From Heterodontus francisci (lineage: Eukaryota), in contig NC_090404.1 of NCBI RefSeq assembly GCF_036365525.1, forward strand, positions 15,342,550 through 15,406,549: a DNA stretch of 64,000 nucleotides, in the 5' to 3' direction. Under the pieces are notes generated by a model. The model worked only from the letters and a program-made list of their open reading frames with translations. It was not told the origin of the DNA and searched no databases. The first letter of the stretch is position 1. Each line of letters starts with the position of its first letter. The position numbers and the translations under genes were made by a program. Positions 14,010-25,359 of the stretch are shown one piece after another.

Positions 14010-14290
14010 TCGAGGGATCAATATTGGCCCCAGGACACCGGGGAGAACTCCCCCAACACCCCCCACCCCCGCCCCCCCCCCACCCCACAACGCTCTTCTT
14101 CGAAATGGTGGCCGTGGGACCTTTTACATCCACCTGAGAGGGCAGACAGGACCCTCGGTTTAACACCTCACGTGGAAGTCGCCACCTCTGAGAGGGCAGC
14201 GCTCCCTCAGCGCTGGTACGGGGTGTGTTGGCCCTGGATAATGGGGCAAGGACAAGGTCCGCCCCCGGGGTCCAGTTCGGTCATCGGCTC
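14010..14290 (-). mobile_element. DeuSINE/SacSINE1-like SINE fragment
   Basis: Reverse complement of the same core found at 57640-58950 (CTGAGGGAGCGCTGC...TTAAACCGAGG...GGCCAATATT..TCCCTC). Confidence 0.6.
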
Positions 14291-14405
14291 CTAGGGCCCC
14301 TGCTCTCTCAGTGCATGGTGGGAGCAGGTGGCAGGGTACTTGGCTGTATTTGGGGGGGGGGTGGGTGCGGGGAGGTGGGTAGAGTGGGAGAGGGGCCTGG
14401 GAGCA

Positions 14406-14736
14406 TTGACATAGACATAGAGAGATACAGCACTGAAACAGGCCCTTCGGCCCACTGAGTCTGTGCCGACCATCAACCACCCATTTATACTAATCCTACA
14501 TTAATCCCATATTCCCTACCAAATCCCCACCATTCCCCGACCACCTACCTACACTAGGGGCAATTTATAATGGCCAATTTACCTATCAACCTGCAAGTCT
14601 TTGGCTGTGGGAGGAAACCGGAGCACCCGGTGGAAACCCACGCGGTCACAGGGAGAACTTGCAAACTCCGCACAGGCAGTACCCAGAACTGAACCCGGGT
14701 CGTTGGAGCTGTGAGGCTGCGGTGCTAACCATTGCT
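14406..14736 (-). mobile_element. HE1-like V-SINE (shark), near full length
   Basis: The minus strand has a tRNA-like head, a V-SINE central domain (GGAGTTTGCAAGTTCTCCCTGTGACCGCGTGGGTTTCC) and a CR1-type tail (GGGCCGAAGGGCCTGTTTCAGTGCTGTATCTCTCTATGTCTATG). Recognised from memory. Confidence 0.8.
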
Positions 14737-14910
14737 TGGGGAAAGGGTTGGCACAGGGCCCACCAACTAGCAGGGCTCATGACGCTCCTTTCCAACTCCC
14801 CCCCCCACCCCCAACCCCCGCTGTGCCCTGTGAGGGGACCATCTGTTGCCAGTCTAAAGAGGAGGCATCAGAGGATGAAAGGGGGGTGCTGCAGCTCGGG
14901 AGGAGGCCTT

Positions 14911-15170
14911 GGGCCTGTTACCATAGGAACGGGAGAAGGCCATTCAGCCCCTTGGGCCCGTTACCATAGGAACCGGAGGAGGCCTTTCAGCCCCTTGGGC
15001 CCGTTACCATAGGAACGGGAGAAGGCCATTCAGCCCCTTGGGCCCGTTACCATAGGAACGGGAGGAGGCCATTCAGCCCCTTGGGCCCGTTACCATAGGA
15101 TCGGGAGGAGGCCATTCAGCCACTTGGGCCCGTTACCATAGGAATGGGAGGAGGCCATTCAGCCCCTTTG
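14911..15170. repeat. 43-bp minisatellite (GTTACCATAGGAACGGGAGGAGGCCATTCAGCCCCTTGGGCCC), about 6 copies, at a CR1 3' end
   Basis: Period 43 (14917, 14960, ...). It is followed by a minus-strand CR1 3' fragment to about 15480. Confidence 0.9.
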
Positions 15171-15859
15171 AAAATGTCTGATCTATACCTCAACAGTGTT
15201 GCTCCATATCTCTCAAAACCCTAACCCAACAAAAAAATCTATCAATCACAGTTTTGAAATTTCCAATTGACCCCCAGCCTCGGCGAATTTTTTGAGGGGG
15301 TGGTGGGAGAAAGTTCCAGATTCCCACTGGCCTTCGTGTGAAGAAGTGCTTCCCGACATCACCCCTGAAGGGCCCGGCTCTCATTATAAGATTCTGCCCC
15401 CTTGTCCTGGACTCCCCCCCCACCCCAGTCCCCCACCCCCACCCCGCTCCCCTGACCAGAGGAAATATTTTCTCTCTCTCGCTCTCTCCCCTCCCTCAGT
15501 TCCTCCTCGCACCCCCTCCCTGAGCTGTGCTGCCCAGCAAAGGAAGGCAGTTCTTTCGCACCCGCCGCCCGCCCCTCCCCCTCCCCCCCCCCACCCCCGC
15601 CGTTCCCCTCACCCCTTGCGTCACGTGTCGCCCTTAACAGTCATTTCACAGTCCCTGGAAACTAGAATGTTCTCTCTGAGCGCCGGAGCCCCGCCCTCGA
15701 TTGCCCGATATCTCCCAACGCCAACAACTCGGGCTGCTTGTCGGCATTTTTCTCACGGAAAGGAGGTGGGCGTGAGCTATTTGTGCAGATAAGCGGAATA
15801 AAAAGTCACCGTGGAAACAAAGGAGCCTCAGACGGAGGATACACTGAGGAATTTATCCA

Positions 15860-16122
15860 GTGGGTCAGGCATTGATCTTTCACCCTCTCTGTTGGGGTCA
15901 GGCATTGACCTTTCACCCTCTCTGTTGGGGTCAGGCATTGAACTTTCACCCTCTCTGTTGGGGTCAGGCATTGACCTTTCACCCTCTCTGTTGGGGTCAG
16001 GCATTGACCTTTCACCCTCTCTGTTGGGGTCAGGCATTGAACTTTCACCCTCTCTGTTGGGTTCAGGCATTGACCTTTCACCCTCTGTGTTGGGGTCAGG
16101 CATTGACCTTTCACCCTCTCTG
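15860..16122. repeat. 33-bp minisatellite (GGGGTCAGGCATTGACCTTTCACCCTCTCTGTT), about 8 copies
   Basis: Direct tandem copies. Confidence 0.95.
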
Positions 16123-16960
16123 GTCGGGCCAACTCCAGCCCCCAGAAGAAGATCTCTCTCTCTCTCTCTCTCTCTCTGACTGGGGAACTGGATCGGGGGA
16201 CAGGCCGGGATTGAGTGGGTGGGTGGGTGGGGGTGGGGGGTGGCCGGGTGGGCTTGCTTTAAAGGATCTAGCCCAGCCTTCAGTGAGTCACAGTCGCCCC
16301 TCTCTCTGTGTCAGAAGGTCACGGGATCGAGCCTCGGCTGCTCCGGGGTCGACACTCCCCCCCGGTGCCAGTACTGAGGGGGGTCCTGCGCTGTCGGAGG
16401 CGCCGTCCTTTTCGCCCCTCGCTCCTCACCTCCGGAAGTTCCCCTCATTCCTCACCTCCTTCGCTATTCCCCCTCACCTCCCTCGGTTTTCCCTCACCCC
16501 TCACCACGGCCCCCTCCTCAGTTTTCCCTGGCCTCCTCACCTATTCTGTTTTCCCTCACTCACCACCCGCCCCCTCCAGCCTTAGATTTCCCCTCTGCCC
16601 CTTAGTCCCTCGTTTTTCCTCTCAACTCCCTCCTTAGCATTTCCCTCGATGCCTCAGCTCCCTCTGTTTTCCCTCCCTCAGATTCCCCTCACTTCTCAGC
16701 TCACTCAGATTCCCCTCACTCCTCAGCTCCCTCAGTTTCCCGTCACTCCCTCGTCTCCCTCAATTTCCTCTCGGTCATTCCCCTCCCTTTGTTTCAACTC
16801 CTTCCCTTGGTTTCCCCTCGCTCCCTCCCCTCCCTCGGTTTCAGCTCACTCACTCCCCTCCCTCAGTTCCCCGCTCCTCCTCCCCTCCCTCAGTTCCCCG
16901 CGCCTCCTCCCTTCCCTCGGTTCCCCCTCACCTCCCTCACCTCCGCCGTTTGCTCTTGTC

Positions 16961-17480
16961 CCTCACCGTACGAGGCAGCCTCCAACCCGGGCGACAGCCC
17001 CGAAACTCCGACTCTGAAGGGGAGGCGGCAGATGGACACTCCGCGGTCTGGCGCGGTGAGGGGGGGGTTGGTGGGTCCGGCGAGGAGGGAGGGAGGGAGG
17101 GTGCACCATCTTGCCGAAACCACCGCCCCACTCTATCCCCGCAACCCACCCCTCCTGCCTCAGCACCTCACATCATGACGGCGAACTCAAAGTCGATGGT
17201 CCCTGACGACTTCTTCCACAGGACGAAAAACAAGAACTTGGGCCGGATGATGAGGACGATCTTTATCACCATGGCAACTGCTCGGGAGCCGGAGTCGACT
17301 CCCGTCTGCTGCCGGGGCGCTCGGACCCGCGACTGTTAACTAATTGACAACGTAGGCACACTGAGGGGGAGCCAATGAGAGAGAGAGAGAGACTGATCCC
17401 TCAATATCACAATATCTCATTGGCCCAAAGCCAGCGTTGAGATGAATGATTAGGACAGGCAGCCAATGAGCTGCCTTCCT
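16961..17480 (-). promoter_or_regulatory. CpG-rich promoter-like island with a probable non-coding first exon (gene unidentified)
   Basis: Three CCAAT boxes (17372, 17419 reverse, 17463), an RFX X-box-like GTTGCCATGGTGAT (17265-17278, minus), a GC box (17123-17129) and a YY1-like CAAGATGG (17106-17113, minus). Donor TACG|GTGAGG at 16966. CpG density is high. Confidence 0.55.
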
Positions 17481-17559
17481 CCATCTAACACCTTCCCCCC
17501 CCCCGCACCAAACCCCCGACACCCCCTCCGGTCAGAATTATCGACAGAGTACCAGAGGA

Positions 17560-18200
17560 CAGGGATTGAAGGTGATTGGGAGAGGCCCAACATGAGGGAA
17601 AACTGTTTTCATGTTAACGCAGCGGGTGGTTCGGATCTGCAAAGTGCCGTCTGAGCGCGTGGGTGGAAGCAGGTTCGGTCGAGGTCTCCCAAAGGGGAAT
17701 CTCATAATTATCTGAAGAGAGCAAAAAAAAAAATTTCGGGACAGCGACAAAGGCCGGGCGTGGGGGTTAGTGGGACGGGACGAGCTGCTCTCGCGGGGAG
17801 CTGGCGCGAGCAGGAGGGGCCGAATGGCCTCCTTCGGTTCAAAAGGGGCAACTGCGAGCGCCGCTCTTTCGGAAGGATGTCGAGGCGTTGGAGGCGGTGC
17901 GGAGGAGATCTGCTGGAATGGGACCGGTGGGGGGCCGGGGGGCGGGGGGGGGTGGGGGTGCGGGGGGAGGTGAGGGACTTCAGTGGGAGAGACTGGGGGA
18001 GAAGTTGGGCTCGTTCTCCCTCGAGCGGAGAAGGCGATTGGGAGATTTGGCGGAGGTGTTCAAAATCAGGCAGCTAGAGTAAGGAAGGAGATACTATTTC
18101 CAGCGGTTGGCCGGGCAGCAAGTGGAATACGTGGGGGTTTTAAGGCACTTGGGGAAAACAAAACCCGACAGGGTGACAATGAGGGAAAATGTTGAAATGC
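17560..18200 (+). mobile_element. Old CR1 3' fragments (similar pieces at about 13700-13980, 28900-29330, 37320-37540, 56270-56510, 60900-60990)
   Basis: Degenerate CR1 3' motifs such as GGGCCGAATGGCCTCCTTC and TTCTCCCTCGAGCGGAGAAGG. Confidence 0.55.
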
Positions 18201-18329
18201 TGGTTTCACATTTCCCGAGTCCTCCCTCATCCAGGGTAGGCTGAAGTCCGATCGCAGGCCGACCCAGTCGACCTCGCAGAGTTCCACCATCCAGGATCGG
18301 TGAACTCCACTCATCGCTGGACCCTGCAC

Positions 18330-19790
18330 ACACACACACCCGCGTGGGCCGTACAGTACCAGACGGGAGTGAATCATTCTCGTTTACCCACTGTGTACTG
18401 TACATGTACAGGAGCTGACACTGAGACACACACACAGTCCGTACAGTACCAGACGGGAGTGAATCATTCCCTTTTACACACTGTGTACTGTACCTGTAGA
18501 GGAGCTGACACTGAGACACACACACGGTCCGTACAGTACCAGACGGGAGTGAATCATTCTCGTTTACACACTGTGTACTGTACCTGTAGAGGAGCTGACA
18601 CTGAGACACACACACAGTCCGTACAGTACCAGACAGGAGTGAATCATTCCCGTTTACCCACTGTGTCCTGTACCTGTAGAGGAGCTGACACTGAGACACA
18701 CACACGGTCCGTACAGTACCAGACAGGAGTGAATCATTCCCGTTTACACACTGTGTCCTGTACCTGTAGAGGAGCTGACACTGAGACACACACACGGTCC
18801 GTACAGTACCAGACAGGAGTGAATCATTCTTGTTTACATACTGTGTACTGTACCTGTAGAGGAGCTGACACTGAGACACACACACAGTCCGTACAGTACC
18901 AGACAGGAGTGAATCATTCCCGTTTACCCACTGTGTCCTGTACCTGTAGAGGAGCTGACACTGAGACACACACACGGTCCGTACAGTACCAGACGGGAGT
19001 GAATCATTCTCGTTTACACACTGTGTACTGTACCTGTAGAGGAGCTGACACTGAGACACACACACAGTCCGTACAGTACCAGACAGGAGTGAATCATTCC
19101 CGTTTACCCACTGTGTCCTGTACCTGTAGAGGAGCTGACACTGAGACACACACACGGTCCGTACAGTACCAGACAGGAGTGAATCATTCCCGTTTACACA
19201 CTGTGTCCTGTACCTGTACAGGAGCTGACACTGAGACACACACACAGTCCGTACAGTACCAGACGGGAGTGAATCATTCCCATTTACCCACTGTGTACTG
19301 TACATGTACAGGAGCTGACACTGAGACACACACACGGTCCGTACAGTACCAGACAGGAGTGAATCATTCCCATTTACCCACTGTGTACTGTACATGTACA
19401 GGAGCTGACACTGAGACACACACACGGTCCGTACAGTACCAGACAGGAGTGAATCATTCCCATTTACCCACTGTGTACTGTACACGGACAGGAGCTGACA
19501 CTGAGACACACACACGGTCCGTACAGTACCAGACAGGAGTGAATCATTCCCGTTTACCCACTGTGTACTGTACATGTACAGGAGCTGACACTGAGACTCA
19601 CACACAGTCCGTACAGTATCAGACAGGAGTGAATCATTCCCATTTACCCACTGTGTACTGTACATGTACAGGAGCTGACACTGAGACACACACACGGTCC
19701 GTACAGTACCAGACAGGAGTGAATCATTCCCATTTACCCACTGTGTACTGTACATGTACAGGAGCTGACACTGAGACACACACGCAAGTC
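18330..19790. repeat. 90-bp minisatellite, about 16 highly homogeneous copies
   Basis: AGAC(G/A)GGAGTGAATCATT recurs every 90 nt (18361, 18451, 18541, ...). Confidence 0.97.
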
Positions 19791-20509
19791 TGAAGGAGAT
19801 ATTGACCTGCATAGGGGAGTGTGCGGGGGGCGGGGGTGCGAGTTGAGATTTATGTGTTCGGGCTTTCAATAATATTGACCCAGTGCAAGAACATTAATGG
19901 AACTGCTGGGACGATTGAGTGTGTTCAGTGACCAGAAAGGAGAACTGTTTGTCACATGCCCCTAGCAGGAATGGCATCAAATCCAGCCCCAGAGACAAGG
20001 GTTATGGGCTGGGGAACGAAGGACGAATGTCTCCTCTTCCATCTGATGGGTGAGTCTGTGGGGTCAGACACTGACCTTTCACCCTCTGGGACATGAGAGG
20101 GCAGAGGGGGGTGGGGGGTGGGGGGGGTGGTGTCAAAGGCAGAGCCAACAGAGGCGAGCTATTTCTGGTCTTGCCATGTCCTTTCACGTAGCAGAGGGCC
20201 AACACAGGAGGGCCGGGAGGGGGTGGAGTAGACCGGAGTCATTGCATGGAAACCTACTTGCCCAACTGCCCCCAACTATCCCCAATCGGTCCAAACGGGA
20301 GGCGCCTCAGCGAGAACAAAACAAGCTCATCCATCACATCAATGTCACGCAGTACCATTGGGCCATTGTTCCTGTTTTGCTTGCGTATTATTGGTGCACT
20401 TCGTCCAATGCTTGGGCATTATGGTGTTGTGTTGGTAGGGGTATCCAGGCAGCTGCTAGACTTGGAATGGGGAATAAGTGCAGTTTGGGGAACACCCGCC
20501 CAGGGGAAG

Positions 20510-23500
20510 GGACAGGGGGAATGGGGGGGAATGAGACGAAGGGGAGACCTCCTTCGGAGAGAGAGAGAGAGAGAGCACAGGGCGATGGGCCGAATGGAGG
20601 GAATGGGACTGAGGGGGAGCTCCTTACAGAGAGAGGGAGAGAGAGAGAGAGCACAGGGCGATGGGCCGAATGGAGGAATGGGACTGAAGGGAGACTCCTT
20701 CAGAGAGAGAGAGAGCGCAGGGCATTGGGCCGAATGGGGGAATGGGACTAAGGGGAGACTCCTTCAGAGAGAGAGACAGAGAGCACAGGGCGATGGGCTG
20801 AATGGAGGAATGGGACTGAGGGGAGACTCCTTCAGAGAAAAAGAGCACAGGGCGATGGGCTGAATGGGGGAATGGGACTGAGGGGAGACTCCTTCAGAGA
20901 GAGAGAGCACAGGGTGATGGGCTGAATGGTGGAATGAAACTGAGGGGAGAGCTCCTTCAGAGACAGAGGGAGAGAGAGCACAGGGCGATGGGCAGAATGG
21001 GGGAATGAGACTGAGGGGAGACTCCTTCAGAGAGAGGGAGGGGGAGCGAGGACAGGGTGATGGGCCGATGAGGGAATGAGACTGAAGGGAGACCCCTTCA
21101 GAGAGAGAGAGAGAGAGAGCACTGGGCGATGGGCCAAATGGGGGCTGAGACTGAGGGGAGACTCCTTCAGAGAGAGAGAGAGAGAGCACAGGCTGATGGG
21201 CCGAATGGGGGAATGAGACTGAGGGGAGAGCTCCTTCAGAGACAGAGGGAGAGAGAAAGCACAGGGTGATGGGCCGAATGGGGGAATGCGACTGAGGGGA
21301 GACTCCTTCAGAGAGAGAGAGAGAGAGAGAGCACAGGGTGATGGGCCGAATGGTGGAATGAGACTGAGGGGAGAGCTCCTTCAGAGAGAGAGAGGGAGAG
21401 AGCACAGGACGATGGGCTGAATGGGGGGAATGGGACGGAGGGGAGACTCCTTCAGAGAGAGAGAGGGAGAGAGCACAGGGTGATGGGGCGATTGGGGGAA
21501 TGAGACTGAGGGGAGAGCTCCTTCAGAGAGAGAGAGGGAGAGAGCACAGGACGATGGGCTGAATGGGGGGAATGGGAGACTCCTTCAGAGAGAGAGAGGG
21601 AGAGAGCACAGGGTGATGGGCCGAATGGGGGAATGGGACTGAGGGGAGAGCTCCTTCAGAGAGAGAGAGAGAGAGAGAGAGCACAGGGCGTTGGGCCGAA
21701 TGGGGGAATGGGACTGAGGGGAGACTTTTTCAGAAAGAGAGAGAGAGAGAGAGAGAGAGCGAGCACATGGCAATGGGCCGAATAGGGGACTGCGACTGAG
21801 GGGAGACTCCTTCAGAGAGAGAGAGAGAGAGAGCACAGGGTGATGGGCTGAATGGGGGAATGGGACTGAGGGGAGAGCTCCTTCAGAGAGAGAGAGAGAG
21901 AGAGAGAGCACAGGGCGATGGGCCGAATGGGGGAATGGGACTGAGGGGAGAGCTCCTTCAGAGAGAGAGAGGGAGAGAGCACAGGACGATGGGCTGAATG
22001 GGGGGAATGGGAGACTCCTTCAGAGAGAGAGAGGGAGAGAGCACAGGACGATGGGCTGAATGGGGGGAATGGGAGACTCCTTCAGAGAGAGAGAGGGAGA
22101 GAGCACAGGGTGATGGGCCGAATGGGGGAATGGGACTGAGGGGAGAGCTCCTTCAGAGAGAGAGAGAGAGAGAGCACAGGACGATGGGCTGAATGGGGGG
22201 AATGGGAGACTCCTTCAGAGAGAGAGAGGGAGAGAGCACAGGGTGATGGGCCGAATGGGGGAATGGGACTGAGGGGAGAGCTCCTTCAGAGAGAGAGAGA
22301 GAGAGAGCACAGGACGATGGGCTGAATGGGGGGAATGGGAGACTCCTTCAGAGAGAGAGAGAGAGAGAGCACAGGGTGATGGGCTGAATGGGGGAATGGG
22401 ACTGAGGGGAGAGCTCCTTCAGAGAGAGAGAGAGAGAGAGAGAGCACAGGGCGATGGGCCGAATGGGGGAATGGGACTGAGGGGAGACTTCTTCAGAGGG
22501 AGAGAGAGAGCGAGCACAGGGCAATGGGCCGAATAGGGGACTGGGACTGAGGGGAGACTCCTTCAGAGAGAGAGAGAGAGAGAGCACAGGGTGATGGGCC
22601 GAATGGGGGACTGGGACTGAGGGGAGACTCCTTCAGAGAGAGAGAGAGAGCACAGGGTGATGGGCTGAATGGGGGAATGGGACTGAGGGGAGACTCCTTC
22701 AGAGAGAGAGAGAGAGAGCACAGGGCGATGGGCCGAATGGGGGACTGGGACTGAGGGGAGACTCCTTCAGAGAGAGAGAGAGAGCACAGGGTGATGGGCC
22801 GAATAGGGGACTGGGACTGAGGGGAGACTCCTTCAGAGAGAGAGAGAGAGAGAGCACAGGGTGATGGGCCGAATGGGGAGAATGGGACTGAAGGGAGACT
22901 CCTTCAGAGAGAGAGAGAGAGAGAGCACAGGGCGATGGGCCGAATGGGGGAATGGGACTGAGGGGAGACTTCTTCAGAGGGAGAGAGAGAGCGAGCACAG
23001 GGCAATGGGCCGAATAGGGGACTGGGACTGAGGGGAGACTCCTTCAGAGAGAGAGAGAGAGAGCACTGGGTGATGGGCTGAATGGGGGACTGGGACTGAG
23101 GGGAGACTCCTTCAGAGAGAGAGAGAGAGCACAGGGTGATGGGCCGAATGGGGAGAATGGGACTGAAGGGAGACTCCTTCAGAGAGAGAGAGAGAGAGAG
23201 CACAGGGCGATGGGCCGAATGGGGGAATGGGACTGAGGGGAGACTCCTTCAGAAAGAGAAAGAGCACAGGGTGATGGGCCGAATGGGGAGAATGGGACTG
23301 AAGGGAGACTCCTTCAGAGAGAGAGAGAGAGAGAGCACAGGGCGATGGGCCGAATGGGGACAATGGGACTGAAGGGAGACTCCTTCAGAGAGAGAGAGAG
23401 AGCACAGGGCGATGGGCTGAATGGGGGAATGGACTGAGGGGAGACTCCTTCAGAGAGAGAGAGAGAGAGAGCACAGGGCGATGGACCGAATGGGGGAATG

Positions 23501-24880
23501 GGACTGAGGGAGACACCTTCAGAGAGAGAGAGAGAGAGAGAGCACAGGGCGATGGGCCGAATGGGGGACTGGGACTGAGGGGAGACTCCTTCAGAGAGAG
23601 AGAGAGAGAGAGAGAGCACAGGGTGATCGGCCGAATGGGGGAATGGGACTGAGGGGAGACTCCTTCAGAGAGAGAGAGAGAGAGAGAGAGCACAGGGCGA
23701 TGGACCGAATGGGGGAATGGGACTGAGGGGAGACTCCTTCAGAGAGAGAGAGAGAGAGAGAGAGAACACAGGGTGATCGGCCGAATGGGGGTATGGGACT
23801 GAGGGGAGACTACTTCAGAGAGAGAGAGGGAGAGAGCACAGGGTGATGGGCCGAATGGGGGAATGGGACTGAGGGGAGACTCCTTCAGAGAGAGAGAGAG
23901 CACAGGGTGATGGGCTGAATGGGGGGAATGGGACTGAGGGAGACTCCTTCAGAGAGAGAGAGAGAGAGCACTGGGTGATGTGCTGAATGGGGGAATGAGA
24001 CTGAGGGGAGACTCCTTCAGAGAGAGAGAGAGAGCGAGCACGGGGTGATGGGCTGAATGGGGGAATGGGACTGAGGGGTGATTCCTTCACATAGAGAGAA
24101 AGAGAGAGAGCACAGGGCGATGGGCCGAATGGAGGAGTGGGACTGAGGGGAGACTCCTTCAGAGACAGAGAGAGAGAGCACAGAGTGATGGGCCAAATGT
24201 GGGAATGAGACTGAGGGGAAACTCCTTCAGAGAGAGAGAGAGAGAGCACAGGGTGATGGGCTGAATGGGGGAATGGGACTGAGGGGAGACTCCTTCACAG
24301 AGAGAGAGAGCACAAGGTGATGGGCTGAATTGGGGGGGGGGGAATGAGACTGAGGAGAGACTCCTTCAGAGAGAGAGAGAGAGAGAGAGAGCACAGGGCG
24401 ATGGGCTGAGTGGGGGAATGGACTGAGGGGAGAGCTCCTTCAGAGAGAGAGAGAGAGAGAGAGAGCACAGGGTGATGGGCTGAATGGAGGAATGGGACTG
24501 AGGGGAGAGCTCCTTCAGAAAGAGAGAGAGAGAGAGAGAGCACAGGGCGATGGGCCGAATGGGGAGAATGGGACTGAAGGGAGACTCCTTCAGAGAGAGA
24601 GAGAGAGCACGGGGCGATGGGCTGAATGGGGGAATGGACTGAGGGGAGACCCCTTCAGTGAGAGAGAGAGAGAAAGAGAGAGAGCACTGGACGATGGGCC
24701 GAATGTGGGAATGAGACTGAGGGGAGACTCCTTCAGAGAGAGAGAAAGAGAGAGAGAGCACAGGGCGATGGGCCGAATGGGGGAATGGGACTGAGGCGAA
24801 AGCTCCTTCAGAGAGAGAGAGAGAGAGAGAGAGAGCACAGGGTGATGGGCCGAATGGGGAAAGGATGAGAAGGAGTCTCA
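20510..24880 (-). repeat. Second array of the same satellite, inverted orientation
   Basis: Units read GAGACTCCTTC-(AG)n-CACAGGGCGATGGGCCGAATGGGGGAATGGGACTGAGGG, the reverse complement of the 1-8250 unit. Confidence 0.97.
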
Positions 24881-24884
24881 ATGT

Positions 24885-25190
24885 TTTGTGCTGAGGTAGG
24901 GGAGGCTGAGGGAGTGGAGGGGCCGCAATATGCTGAGGGAGGGGAGGCTGAGGGAGTGTAGGGACCCCACTGTGCTGAGGGAGGGGAGGCTGAGGGAGTG
25001 GAGGGGCCCCACTGTGCTGAGGGAGGGGAGGCTGAGGGAGTGTAGGGACCCCACTATGCTGAGGGAGGGGAGTCTGAGGGAGTGTAGGGACCCCACTGTG
25101 CTGAGGGATGGGAGGCTGAGAGAGTGGAGTGGCCCCACTGTGCTGAGGGAGGGGAGGCTGAGGGATGGGGAGGGGCCCCACTGTGCTGAA
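24885..25190. repeat. 42-bp minisatellite (TGTGCTGAGGGAGGGGAGGCTGAGGGAGTGTAGGGACCCCAC), about 7 copies
   Basis: Period 42 (24971, 25013, ...). Confidence 0.9.
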
Positions 25191-25359
25191 GTCTCTGGGA
25201 TAGAATGGGGTAGATTTGGAGCTTATGTGAGGAGCCTTGATTTGAGCAGTGTGAGGGTGTGAGAGGGGGAAGAGCGAGGGGACGGAGTGGGGATGGGGGT
25301 TGGGGATTTGGATGGACAGGAATAGGGAATTCAGAGGACTACAGACTATTGCAGCTAGT

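Noticed and set aside
17265-17467. MHC class II-type S-X-Y module
   Set aside because: The X-box-like site is about 95 bp from the nearest CCAAT, far from the required spacing of about 20 bp.
18094-19869. 591-aa and 497-aa Cys-containing repeat ORFs on opposite strands
   Set aside because: By-product of a 90-bp unit (a multiple of 3) that is open on both strands; no signal peptide, promoter link or codon-position bias visible.
20250-20460. RSKR furin-like site plus hydrophobic stretch resembling a retroviral env fragment
   Set aside because: Too short, with no other env motifs and no flanking retroviral sequence.
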